The notes under the pieces are model-generated. The model was not told where the DNA came from. It saw nothing but the letters and a program-made list of their open reading frames with translations, and made no database searches. Shown here one piece after another: positions 53,572 through 62,618 of a DNA stretch of 64,000 bases. Origin of the DNA: Candidatus Chryseobacterium colombiense (lineage in GTDB: Bacteria; Bacteroidota; Bacteroidia; Flavobacteriales; Weeksellaceae); the NCBI GenBank assembly GCA_029203185.1, contig CP119310.1, positions 3,626,052-3,690,051 of the forward strand, given 5' to 3'. The stretch's first letter is position 1. Each line of letters opens with the position of its first letter. A program made the translations under genes and the position numbers.

Positions 53572-55350
53572 TTATTGTACAATGAATTTTGTTGTGTTTA
53601 TATCTGTTTTCAGAATATAGACTCCTTTCGATAAGTTTTTAAGATCTATCTTATTAGAATTTTTAAACGGATGATGAATCACCTGAATAAGCTTTCCTGA
53701 AAGGTCAATAATTTCTGCTTTTGTGATTTTACTGATATTTTCACCCTTCACAAACAGTTCATTATTCTTAACAGGGTTAGGATAGATGCAGAATGTGTTA
53801 TCTTTTGAAGTTTCTGAAGTCGACAAACTGGTGTAGCAAGTCCAGCTTAGGTCATCAATAGCCACTCTGTTTGCTGAAACCGGATTAACTAGTTTAATGG
53901 TAACATTACCACTTACATTGATGTTGTTGATTGTATATGTTCCTGCTGTTGCACTGTAGGGAATGGTTCCAACCTGAACACCATTTACTAACAGATTTAA
54001 AGCACTGTCAGAACCGTTGAATTTCAACTGAGTTTTTACAGTTAAGCTTTGGATTCCTCCGGAAAGGGTAGAGCTTAATAAATAACCGTCTCTTATCGTG
54101 ATTGCTTTTCCAGTAATCGTTTGGTCTGTTCTTGCATCTGTTGCATTCCATGTGATTCCGTTGTTAGTCCACGTTTGGGTCGCATAGCTTGAAGAGGCTG
54201 CCGGAATATTGCTGAAGTCTTCAGTACCACAACTTCCTCCGCCCGGCTGTCCTGCAAGAGTCGTTTCTGTTGCAGTGTTACTCTGTGGCGATGAGTTCCC
54301 AGCGGCATCTCTGGCAATAACATAGAATGTATAGGTAGTAGAAGGGGTTAATCCCTGAACTGTTGCGGTAGTTCCTGTAACGGTAGCATAGAAAGTTCCG
54401 TTTGAAAAATAAATATCATAACCTGTCACTCCAATATTGTCAGTAGCTGCAGTCCAGCTCAAAGAAATTGAATTGCTTGTAGGGTTATTCGCAATTAAAT
54501 TAGTTGGTGCTGTAGGAGCTTGAGTATCAACAACTGGTGTTCCCCAAATCTGATCAACGTATTCAGGATGGTCAATATAAGGATTTCTGTTTCCCTGATA
54601 TACATAAGAAGCATTATTTCTTCCGATTTCTGCAGGAGAAACAGGGTCTAATGCATTCCAAGCCAACAGCTGATTAAGTTCCCAAGTCTGAAGACCAGGA
54701 AAAGCTGAGCTTCCCAACATATTTCCAGAGCTGAATCCAGAAAGCTGTGTTTCATATCTTGTTACAAAATAAAGGATCATTCTTGCCACATCTCCTTTAA
54801 AGGCATCAACAGGTTCAAAAACAGTTCCTGAATATCCCGGAGACACAGAAGTTCCAAGTTTAGATCCGTTTAAGGAAGTAAAAGATGCTGTACCTACTTT
54901 TCCATAAGGATAGTTAGACCTCATTCCGTTTACCTTTCCGTCAGTAGCTCTAATGAAGTGAATATCTGCAACCATAGGAGAGCCACTGTTGAATAAACTC
55001 TGTGGTACTACGTGTTCTCTATTGTAGCAGTTTCCTTCTGTAGTGTAAGAGCCGCACTGGTTGGTTCCATAATTGAATGTGTAAGGATCGGGACCATTGG
55101 CGTTTTCGGAATAAATATCTAAAATTGTTCCGTCGTTTTCATAATAATAATCACGGTCTGTAGTTTGATAGCCACTCCAAAGCCCGTTATAGCCGTGATC
55201 AATATGACCACTGGTGATAATCTGATTCAGCTTACTTTTTAAAGCAGCGCCAGTAAGTCCTGTTGTTCCGTTATAGTATCCTGCCGGAATTTGTGCAAAC
55301 GCATTGATGAATACAAATGCAAACAACAAAGAAAATAATATTCGTTTCAT
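53572..55350 (-). CDS. secreted endonuclease I-family nuclease with FN3 domain and T9SS C-terminal sorting domain
   Basis: 592 aa with a signal peptide. N-terminal YYNGTTGLTGAALKSKLNQII...CYNREHVVPQS resembles endonuclease I. LSWTAATDNIGVTGYDIY marks FN3. The C-terminal FCIYPNPVKNNELFV...GVYILKT is a type-A T9SS CTD pattern. Confidence 0.8.
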   Translation of the reverse strand: MKRILFSLLFAFVFINAFAQIPAGYYNGTTGLTGAALKSKLNQIITSGHIDHGYNGLWSGYQTTDRDYYYENDGTILDIYSENANGPDPYTFNYGTNQCGSYTTEGNCYNREHVVPQSLFNSGSPMVADIHFIRATDGKVNGMRSNYPYGKVGTASFTSLNGSKLGTSVSPGYSGTVFEPVDAFKGDVARMILYFVTRYETQLSGFSSGNMLGSSAFPGLQTWELNQLLAWNALDPVSPAEIGRNNASYVYQGNRNPYIDHPEYVDQIWGTPVVDTQAPTAPTNLIANNPTSNSISLSWTAATDNIGVTGYDIYFSNGTFYATVTGTTATVQGLTPSTTYTFYVIARDAAGNSSPQSNTATETTLAGQPGGGSCGTEDFSNIPAASSSYATQTWTNNGITWNATDARTDQTITGKAITIRDGYLLSSTLSGGIQSLTVKTQLKFNGSDSALNLLVNGVQVGTIPYSATAGTYTINNINVSGNVTIKLVNPVSANRVAIDDLSWTCYTSLSTSETSKDNTFCIYPNPVKNNELFVKGENISKITKAEIIDLSGKLIQVIHHPFKNSNKIDLKNLSKGVYILKTDINTTKFIVQ

Positions 55351-55398
55351 TTTTTAAAATTGGGGGCGTAAAGATACAAAAAAATGAAATGTTATGTA

Positions 55399-56604
55399 TT
55401 AACTTTTAGTAATATAGTCTTTGCTTATTTTTGAAAAGAACCATGAAATAAGTATCCCGAATACGGCTGCTGTAAGAGCTACGATGATGTAATTATTGCC
55501 TACGATTTTAATAGGGAAGGGTAGTGTTCCTATGGCTTTGAAAAATTCAGTATACTGCTGGAAGTAGCATAAGAGCGTACCTAGAATCAGTCCGGAAATA
55601 ATTCCTAAGACTACAATAAGAACTCCCGTATAGAAGTATGTTTTTCTTAAATGCGCTAAAGGAAATCCAAGAGAAATCAATGAACGGGCCTGTTCTTTTT
55701 TATCAAGCTGGAGAATAATGATTGCGCCTGCAAGATTAAAAGTAGTAATGAAAATAACTAAAGCAAAAATAAGGTATATAAATAGCTTTTCGGTATTAAT
55801 CATTTTCCAGAAAGCAGCATTTTCCTCTTCTTTAGTTTTGACTTCAATACTTTTACCAAGTTGCGAAACTAAATTTTGTTTTACAAGGTCTGCGTTTTCA
55901 GGATTTTTGAGTTTAATCACAATTTGATAGGCAGATTGCTTGGGAAGATCCAGCAGTTCCTCGGTAAGCTCAATCGGAGCTATTATATAGTTGTTAAGCT
56001 GATCATTCCCCGGAAAAACTCCCGTTACAAAAATATTTTTCTTGTTATAAATATCCTCTTCTTTATTGATGATTCCTGTACCGGGTTTAGGCATGAAAAC
56101 TGTAGCAAAATCAGAAGTGGAATCTATAGGAATAGAAAGTCTATTTTTAAGGGAATGCTCCATAAGAACTTCATTGGAATACTTGAAGCTTGGATAGGTT
56201 CCGTAGAATATACTTTTATCGATAGGATTTACTTTAGTATAAGAAGAATCTACCCCTCGTAAATAAGCAATATCCCCTTTGCCATTGTAGTTGATATAAA
56301 CTTTTTCTTCAATCACTTTAGAAAAGCTTACAATTTCTTTGTTCTTTTTTAAAGCGGTTTCGGTCTGTTGTATATTTTTAATGGTTTTTCCTGAGCTGCT
56401 TTTTAAGGTAAGATCGGCATGCAGATTGGCAATAAGATCTTTATTAAAATCTTCCAGTCCGGAGAAAACAGAAATAATAACGAACATTGCTGTCACGGCT
56501 ACAGTCATCGCTCCCACAGCAAGCCACGTAATAAACGTAACGGCAGTACTCCCTTTTTTTGACAAAAGGTAGCGGGATGCGATATAAAATGCAATGTTCT
56601 TCAA
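55399..56604 (-). CDS. FtsX-like ABC transporter permease (LolC/LolE-like)
   Basis: 401 aa with an N-terminal TM helix, a large periplasmic loop and three C-terminal TM helices. The FtsX-family topology includes FNLAGAIIILQLDKKEQ. Confidence 0.8.
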   Translation of the reverse strand: MKNIAFYIASRYLLSKKGSTAVTFITWLAVGAMTVAVTAMFVIISVFSGLEDFNKDLIANLHADLTLKSSSGKTIKNIQQTETALKKNKEIVSFSKVIEEKVYINYNGKGDIAYLRGVDSSYTKVNPIDKSIFYGTYPSFKYSNEVLMEHSLKNRLSIPIDSTSDFATVFMPKPGTGIINKEEDIYNKKNIFVTGVFPGNDQLNNYIIAPIELTEELLDLPKQSAYQIVIKLKNPENADLVKQNLVSQLGKSIEVKTKEEENAAFWKMINTEKLFIYLIFALVIFITTFNLAGAIIILQLDKKEQARSLISLGFPLAHLRKTYFYTGVLIVVLGIISGLILGTLLCYFQQYTEFFKAIGTLPFPIKIVGNNYIIVALTAAVFGILISWFFSKISKDYITKS

Positions 56605-56610
56605 AATGTA

Positions 56611-56970
56611 CTATAAAACAGGATTGTCACCTTCGCCTCTTAATTCTCTTTCAAGTTTTTCTACATCATCAAGAGTAGTGTCCAGGTAAAAATTAAGATT
56701 GGGAATTACACGTACTTGTTTTGCCATTTTCTGGCCGATGAAATTTCTATACTGAGCTTTATTTTCTTCTATTTCCTTCATCACTGCATTGCGGTGTTCC
56801 TGTGGGAAAATGCTTAAATAGATTTTGGCAATACTCAAATCTGCCGTTACCTTTACGTCAGAAACGGTTACTAAAATGTTTTGCTTGCTGTTGGCAGCCT
56901 GCTTGCGGAAAAGCTCTGCGAAGTCTTCCTGTATAATCTGTGCTACTTTTCTTTGTCTGTTACTTTCCAT
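56611..56970 (-). CDS. rbfA: ribosome-binding factor A
   Basis: 119 aa with RQRKVAQIIQEDFAELF and VTVSDVKVTADLSIAKIYLS. Confidence 0.9.
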   Translation of the reverse strand: MESNRQRKVAQIIQEDFAELFRKQAANSKQNILVTVSDVKVTADLSIAKIYLSIFPQEHRNAVMKEIEENKAQYRNFIGQKMAKQVRVIPNLNFYLDTTLDDVEKLERELRGEGDNPVL

Positions 56971-56978
56971 AAGTTCTG

Positions 56979-56986
56979 CAAATTTA
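56979..56986 (-). promoter_or_regulatory. -7 box TAAATTTG for rbfA
   Basis: The plus strand reads CAAATTTA, ending 9 nt before the rbfA ATG. This implies a very short leader. Confidence 0.35.
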
Positions 56987-57062
56987 GTACTTTTGTTTGA
57001 ATTGATGCTTTGAAATTCGGAAGCAGTATCAAAATTACAATTTAAATTATTGATTAGTATTT

Positions 57063-57461
57063 ATGAAGTTAGAACATATTGGTATAGCCGTAAAGTCTTT
57101 AGGAGTTTCTGATGAGCTCTTTGCTAAATTACTGGGGAAAGAATCTTACAAAAAAGAAACCGTAGAAAGGGAGGGGGTAGTTACTTCTTTTTATGAGACG
57201 GGAGAAAGTAAAATAGAGCTTTTGGAAGCCAATAATCCTGAAAGTCCGATCTCAAAATTTATAGATAAAAGGGGAGAAGGTATTCATCATTTGGCATTTG
57301 GAGTAGAAAATATCTACGCTGAAGTGCAAAGACTGAAAAATGAAGGCTTTCAATTTATTTCTGAAGAACCGAAAGAAGGTGCTGATAACAAATTAGTTGT
57401 ATTCTTACATCCTAAATCTACCAATGGAGTGCTGGTAGAATTATGCCAAGAAAAGCAATAA
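57063..57461 (+). CDS. mce: methylmalonyl-CoA epimerase (VOC family)
   Basis: 132 aa with MKLEHIGIAVKSL, GEGIHHLAF and NGVLVELCQ. Confidence 0.85.
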   Translation: MKLEHIGIAVKSLGVSDELFAKLLGKESYKKETVEREGVVTSFYETGESKIELLEANNPESPISKFIDKRGEGIHHLAFGVENIYAEVQRLKNEGFQFISEEPKEGADNKLVVFLHPKSTNGVLVELCQEKQ

Positions 57462-57487
57462 AAAATTTTGTAGTGAAAGAATTTTTG

Positions 57488-57495
57488 CTATTTTT
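57488..57495 (+). promoter_or_regulatory. -7 box TATTTTTG for the tRNA gene
   Basis: Exact TAnnTTTG 28 nt upstream of tRNA position 1. Confidence 0.4.
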
Positions 57496-57522
57496 GCAAA
57501 CACAAAATTTAACCAAGTTTTG

Positions 57523-57596
57523 AGGTCCTATAGCTCAGTTGGTTAGAGCACCTGACTCATAATCAGGTGGTCCCTGGTTCGAGCCCAGGTGGGACC
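57523..57596 (+). tRNA. tRNA with CAT anticodon (elongator Met or lysidine-modified Ile2)
   Basis: Hand-folded 74-nt cloverleaf. Acceptor GGTCCTA/TGGGACC, D-stem GCTC/GAGC, anticodon stem CCTGA/TCAGG with loop CTCATAA, T-arm CCTGG-TTCGAGC-CCAGG. The G1-C72 pair and the absence of a GGG/CCC anticodon stem argue against an initiator. Confidence 0.9.
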
Positions 57597-57608
57597 ACTT
57601 TTTAAATC

Positions 57609-57639
57609 AAGCACTTACAGAAATGTAGGTGCTTTTTTT
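57609..57639 (+). terminator. hairpin/terminator after the tRNA
   Basis: AAGCACTTAC (57609-57618) pairs with GTAGGTGCTT (57625-57634) with one G-U pair, followed by a T-run. Confidence 0.55.
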
Positions 57640-57796
57640 GTGCTTTATTCTTTATTTTAGGGTGTTGTAGTATTGTCTTAATTACTACAATTCAATTTGT
57701 TCTATATAATCAGATGTATAGAATGCTTATTAAAAGGTGTCCTATTAGGTGTCCCACTTCTACTTTTTGGTGACCCATTTTCTAAAATTTAAATCA

Positions 57797-59005
57797 ATGA
57801 ATAACAATAAATTATCAATACTTTTTCTATTGCAGAAAGCAAAAGTGAATCAACAAGGAAAGTGTCCTCTCAGATGTAGGATTACATTTCAACAAGACAG
57901 AAAAGAGTTTTCTGTAGGATTATTCATAAACCCCAATTACTGGAATAGCAAACAGCAGAAAGCTAAACCACCCAATGATGAAAGTATTTTTATCAACTCT
58001 CAATTAAGCCTGATTAAAAATGAAATTAATCAGGCTTTTTTATTTCTACAGGTCAGTAGCAGTGATTTTAATATTGAAGATATTTATTCACAATACAAGG
58101 GACATGCTCCTAAAAAAGATAAAAGTATAATCCAGCTTTTTCAAGAGCATAACGAAAGAGTTGAAAAATTGGTAGGGAAGGAGTATTCTATAGCAACCTT
58201 ATGGAAATTCAAACAGGCAAAAGAGTTATTAAAAGACTTTCTTAAATCTTATTTCAACAAAGCTGATTATCATTTCAAAGATTTAAACTTGAAATTTATT
58301 CAGGATTATGAGTTTTACTTGAAGACAGAAAAGTCTTTAGCTATTGTTACTACGAATAAAATGATACAGAGATTCAGGAAGATTGTAAAGATAGCTATAT
58401 CTCAAGATATTATATACAAGGAACCATTTATTAACTATAGAGTTAAACATATAAAGAAAGAAATTATTTATTTAACGAAGGAAGAATTAGCTAAAATTGA
58501 AGATTACCAATTTAAAGCTGAAAGATTACAAATGATTGCTGATATGTTTGTATTTTGTTGTTATACTGGGTTAGCTTATAATGAAATGGTTAATCTTGAA
58601 AAGTCTCACATTGTAAAAGGTCTAGATGATAATGAATGGATAAATATGATGAGAGAGAAAACTCATAATATGTTATCAATACCTTTGCTTACTAAGGCTA
58701 AGAAGATAATTGAAAAATATGATTATGTCGATAACAAACGAGTTTTACCTAAGTTCAGTAATCAGAAGTTTAATTCTTACCTTAAAGAAATAGCAGACAT
58801 TGTTGATATTGAGAAAAGATTAACTCACCATTTAGCAAGAAGAACCTTTGCTACAACTGTATTGCTCTTTAATGATGTTCCAATGGAAATAGTGTCAGAA
58901 CTTTTAGGGCATTCTAAGATTGGTATTACTCAACAGCATTATGCAAAGGTTGTTAAAAAGAAGGTTGGGGAGCAGATGAGTAAGTTAAATTCTAAGCTGA
59001 AATAG
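57797..59005 (+). CDS. site-specific tyrosine recombinase (phage-type integrase, Bacteroidota Arm-DNA-binding type)
   Basis: The N-terminal LSILFLLQKAKVNQQGKCPLRCRITF is the typical Bacteroidota integrase opening. The catalytic region has HHLARRTFAT and LLGHSKIGITQQHYAKV (R...HxxR...H...Y). Start moved to the ATG at 57797. Confidence 0.9.
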   Translation: MNNNKLSILFLLQKAKVNQQGKCPLRCRITFQQDRKEFSVGLFINPNYWNSKQQKAKPPNDESIFINSQLSLIKNEINQAFLFLQVSSSDFNIEDIYSQYKGHAPKKDKSIIQLFQEHNERVEKLVGKEYSIATLWKFKQAKELLKDFLKSYFNKADYHFKDLNLKFIQDYEFYLKTEKSLAIVTTNKMIQRFRKIVKIAISQDIIYKEPFINYRVKHIKKEIIYLTKEELAKIEDYQFKAERLQMIADMFVFCCYTGLAYNEMVNLEKSHIVKGLDDNEWINMMREKTHNMLSIPLLTKAKKIIEKYDYVDNKRVLPKFSNQKFNSYLKEIADIVDIEKRLTHHLARRTFATTVLLFNDVPMEIVSELLGHSKIGITQQHYAKVVKKKVGEQMSKLNSKLK

Positions 59006-59054
59006 CCTGATATTAAATGCTTTGTAGTAAATTTACAAGTCAGTTTATAAGATT

Positions 59055-61484
59055 ATGTATAAAAAACTACTAACAGTTGAAAACACTCCAATTCAGTACA
59101 AGGAAATCAGACCTACTGACTTTGAAGGCTATAATATTTCTGATGAAGATTTAATAATAATCAAGGAAGATGAAAAAGGATATATCTCTGATTTTCTTGG
59201 ATCAAACATTGATTTAAGCATTAAAGATACAACAGTCATCAATGCAAGTGTTGGGCAGGGTAAGACAACAGCATTGGTAGACATGGTTAAAAGATACCAT
59301 CAGGATAACAATTACATGGTTTTGTTAGTTTCTCCTTTTAAGTCTTTGCTTGACCAATATTATTCATCATTACTTAGTAAGGGCATTCCTTACAAAGACA
59401 TATTCGACTATAGAGCTTTAGAAGATGAGAATTTCGATGATGAAAACTCTGACCCTATTAATAGAAGAATACAGCTTATAACCTTTAATTTCCTACTTGG
59501 AAATTCAGGAGAAACTTATCTGAAGCAGTCTTCTAAAAAGACTGAGTTTATAGATGAAATACTGGGGAAATGCAAAGAAGAGAACAGAAAGGTTGTTCTC
59601 ATTTTTGATGAGGTACATGATGCTATTCACAATTTCAAAGAAGAGTTAGTATTCAATCTGTTCAGGTGGAGGAAATATGTACACAAAATCTTTGTATCAA
59701 GTGCAACTTATAATGAAGCTTCAAAAGTAGTAATCAAGTATTTTGCAGAGCTTACTGACAGGAAGATTAAAATATTCGAGTCTCTAAGAAAGCAAGATGA
59801 AGACAATCTTAGTGAGCTTAATGTTATGATATATGACCACAGCACCTATGATGTTGATAATATTAATCTGATTAATCTTTTCAGGAGTGAGATTGGTAAG
59901 GCTTCTAAAATTAATATTTTGACTTACACCAAGGCACTTACAGACAGATTAAGTAAGAGTATAATAGGTAAAGAAATCAGGAAATCTTATGGAGATATTA
60001 ATATCTGTACTTCTGATACTGGAAATATTTTTGATGATTCCAAATGTAATATGGGAACTAACTTTAAGACTGGAATAAGTATCAATAAGAAAGATACAGC
60101 CTATTTTATATTTCTACCACAGAAAAGGTCTTATGAAAAGTTACCTGGGGAGTTGGGCGTTTTTACAGAAGGCATTAATACCTTAATCCAAGCCTTGGCA
60201 AGACCAAGAGAGAAAGCAAGAATTTATGTGATAACACCCAATGTTACTAGTGTATTAGTAACGTCAAATGACCCAATACCAAAGTCCAATGCTATAATCA
60301 ACATCAACAAACAAGATAGGCTCCTAAGGTTGTTCTATGACCAGACCAAAGAAAAACTTAAGGAAGAAATTGGATATTTTGAAGATGGGCATACTTTGAT
60401 TAATGCAAGGTTTCCTGACTATGACCAATTTAAGCTGTCTCAAGGTGAGAAGTATTTTAGGGTCTATTTTGATGCCTTTGGAAAGAATCTTTCTAACTAC
60501 TTCAACTGGGCTGCAAGAAATAATCAGTTTGTTAACTGTAAACTTAAGTATCTCTTTAAGCTTGATCTGGAAATAGAAGAAGGTAAGATGTTACAAGGTA
60601 TTAAGGATTATTTTAACTCAGCTTTTTATGAGAGTGAGATGTTTAGATACCTTTCTCCATCAGAGCAGTATCAACAACTTAGAGAATCTATTTTTTCAAA
60701 TTATGTAACTATTAAATCAAAAGATAACAGTATTAAAGAGCTCAAACCTTATGGTAAAGTAGAATTTGAAAAGAATATAATTAAGTTTATTCAGCAATAC
60801 AACAGTCCTATCCCATACTTGGAAGACTATCTAGGTATTAATTATGAGAACTATGTTGATACAATGAGCCATAAGGAAACAATAGACACTATAGAAAAAT
60901 TAGAGCCTCATAAGAAGACTGCCCTATTAAACTATAAGCATTACAAACAAGATGATTATGTAATTTCTACTGAAGAATACATCAGAAGTTCCATGTACTT
61001 TGCTAAGAATACTTCTTTAAAAACAGAAACAATTTCAAAGAATGAGGACAGTTTAATCTACCTGTATTCAAAACTATATGACTTTAAGGATACTTTGACA
61101 AGTTATCTCAAGAGCAATGCTAATGGACAAGTAATACTACCCCAAGACAAGGATTTTAAATTCAACAGCACTGATTTCAGTTACCTGGAAAGCTTAATTG
61201 ATAGGTTGAAACAACATGACCCCACTCTTAAAAATGTTTTCAATTTTATGCAGACTGGTATTAGTGAGAAAAAGGTTTATAGTCTTTTGAAAAAACTGTA
61301 TTTCGAAACAGACAGAACAAGTATAAACTCAGGCTCAGGTAAACAGACTTACATTAAAAGGGATATTACAGATGATGAGCATGGAAAGACCAACTTAATT
61401 TACAAACACATTGATTTTGTCAGCTTAGTGAAAAGCTATCAGGAAGAGTATACAAAGGAGTACCTGGAGGCTAAAGAAGACTAA
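59055..61484 (+). CDS. SF2 helicase-like protein with about 400 aa of unassigned C-terminal region
   Basis: 809 aa. Motif I SVGQGKTT, Ia LLVSPFKSL, II IFDEVHD (DExH), III SSATY, and a VI-like QALARPRE. The C-terminal half has no motif I recognise. Confidence 0.6.
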   Translation: MYKKLLTVENTPIQYKEIRPTDFEGYNISDEDLIIIKEDEKGYISDFLGSNIDLSIKDTTVINASVGQGKTTALVDMVKRYHQDNNYMVLLVSPFKSLLDQYYSSLLSKGIPYKDIFDYRALEDENFDDENSDPINRRIQLITFNFLLGNSGETYLKQSSKKTEFIDEILGKCKEENRKVVLIFDEVHDAIHNFKEELVFNLFRWRKYVHKIFVSSATYNEASKVVIKYFAELTDRKIKIFESLRKQDEDNLSELNVMIYDHSTYDVDNINLINLFRSEIGKASKINILTYTKALTDRLSKSIIGKEIRKSYGDINICTSDTGNIFDDSKCNMGTNFKTGISINKKDTAYFIFLPQKRSYEKLPGELGVFTEGINTLIQALARPREKARIYVITPNVTSVLVTSNDPIPKSNAIININKQDRLLRLFYDQTKEKLKEEIGYFEDGHTLINARFPDYDQFKLSQGEKYFRVYFDAFGKNLSNYFNWAARNNQFVNCKLKYLFKLDLEIEEGKMLQGIKDYFNSAFYESEMFRYLSPSEQYQQLRESIFSNYVTIKSKDNSIKELKPYGKVEFEKNIIKFIQQYNSPIPYLEDYLGINYENYVDTMSHKETIDTIEKLEPHKKTALLNYKHYKQDDYVISTEEYIRSSMYFAKNTSLKTETISKNEDSLIYLYSKLYDFKDTLTSYLKSNANGQVILPQDKDFKFNSTDFSYLESLIDRLKQHDPTLKNVFNFMQTGISEKKVYSLLKKLYFETDRTSINSGSGKQTYIKRDITDDEHGKTNLIYKHIDFVSLVKSYQEEYTKEYLEAKED

Positions 61485-61558
61485 CATAATTAAGGACAAA
61501 ATATAATCCTACTTCTATAAGGTACAGGGTAAATTTTGTCCTTATTCTGAAAAAATTC

Positions 61559-61596
61559 AGCCAACCTACAATTCAGTAAGGTTGGCTTCTTTATTT
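61559..61596 (+). terminator. hairpin/terminator after the helicase-like gene
   Basis: AGCCAACCT (61559-61567) pairs with AGGTTGGCT (61579-61587), followed by TCTTTATTT. It is preceded by a second long-loop inverted repeat, AAGGACAAAAT (61492-61502) with ATTTTGTCCTT (61532-61542). Confidence 0.45.
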
Positions 61597-61700
61597 GCAA
61601 CACAGCAAAAACACTTTAAAGTTTACACCTTAGGAACTCTATAAAAAGAAATCTTATAGAAGTTTCAAATTAATCTTAACAATTTTAAATACAAAATATT

Positions 61701-62618
61701 ATGCAATTAAAACAGTCACAAAGACAACAAGTAAAGCTCAGATTAGGATTATCAGGAGCTAGTGGATTTGGAAAGACCAAATCAGCTTTATTATTAGCCT
61801 ATGGAATGACACAGGACTGGAATAAAATAGCAGTCATAGACACAGAAAACTCCTCAGCTTCCCTGTATTCTGACCTGGGTAGCTATAAGGTGTTGGACTT
61901 ACAAGCTCCTTATTCACCAGAAAGATATATACAAGCTATAGAATTGTGTGAAAAGTCAGGAATTGAAGTCATTATCATAGATTCAGCCAGCCATGAATGG
62001 AATGGTTCTGGTGGATGTCTTGAAATACATGAGAAACTAGGTGGTAGGTTTCAGGATTGGGCTAATGTAACTCCAAGACATCAAGCGTTCATCAACAAGA
62101 TATTACAGTCAAGCTGTCATATCATTACCACTACAAGAAGGAAGATGGACTATTCTTTAGATATTGGTTCTAATGGTAAAACAAAAGTAGTCAAACATGG
62201 AACCAAAGAAATCACTAGGGATGGCTTTGAATACGAATTAACTATCAACTTCGAATTAATTAATGATAATCATTTGGCTAAAGCAAGTAAGGATAGAACA
62301 GGGCTGTTCATGAATAAACCTGAGTTTTTGATAACCCCTCAAACTGGTAAGGTGATTCTTGACTGGTGTAATGCAGGAACAATTAACCAAGCCCAGGTAA
62401 CCCCTTCTATGCCTAAACAAAGTTACCTGGGCACTAATGAGATTAACGCTCTAATTAATAAAATAGGAGACTGTAATGCAATTAGTGACCTTTTAGCTCT
62501 TTACAAACAATATCCCCAATATCAGGAAGAGTTAAAGCCTGAATATGAAGCCAGAAAATCATTTTTAATCAAACTGTCTAACCCACAAAACTTTTCAACT
62601 AATGGAGTACACAGATAA
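61701..62618 (+). CDS. AAA_24-type (Sak4-like) phage/element ATPase
   Basis: 305 aa with Walker A GASGFGKT, VIDTENS, and Walker B VIIIDSASHEW. Confidence 0.7.
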   Translation: MQLKQSQRQQVKLRLGLSGASGFGKTKSALLLAYGMTQDWNKIAVIDTENSSASLYSDLGSYKVLDLQAPYSPERYIQAIELCEKSGIEVIIIDSASHEWNGSGGCLEIHEKLGGRFQDWANVTPRHQAFINKILQSSCHIITTTRRKMDYSLDIGSNGKTKVVKHGTKEITRDGFEYELTINFELINDNHLAKASKDRTGLFMNKPEFLITPQTGKVILDWCNAGTINQAQVTPSMPKQSYLGTNEINALINKIGDCNAISDLLALYKQYPQYQEELKPEYEARKSFLIKLSNPQNFSTNGVHR

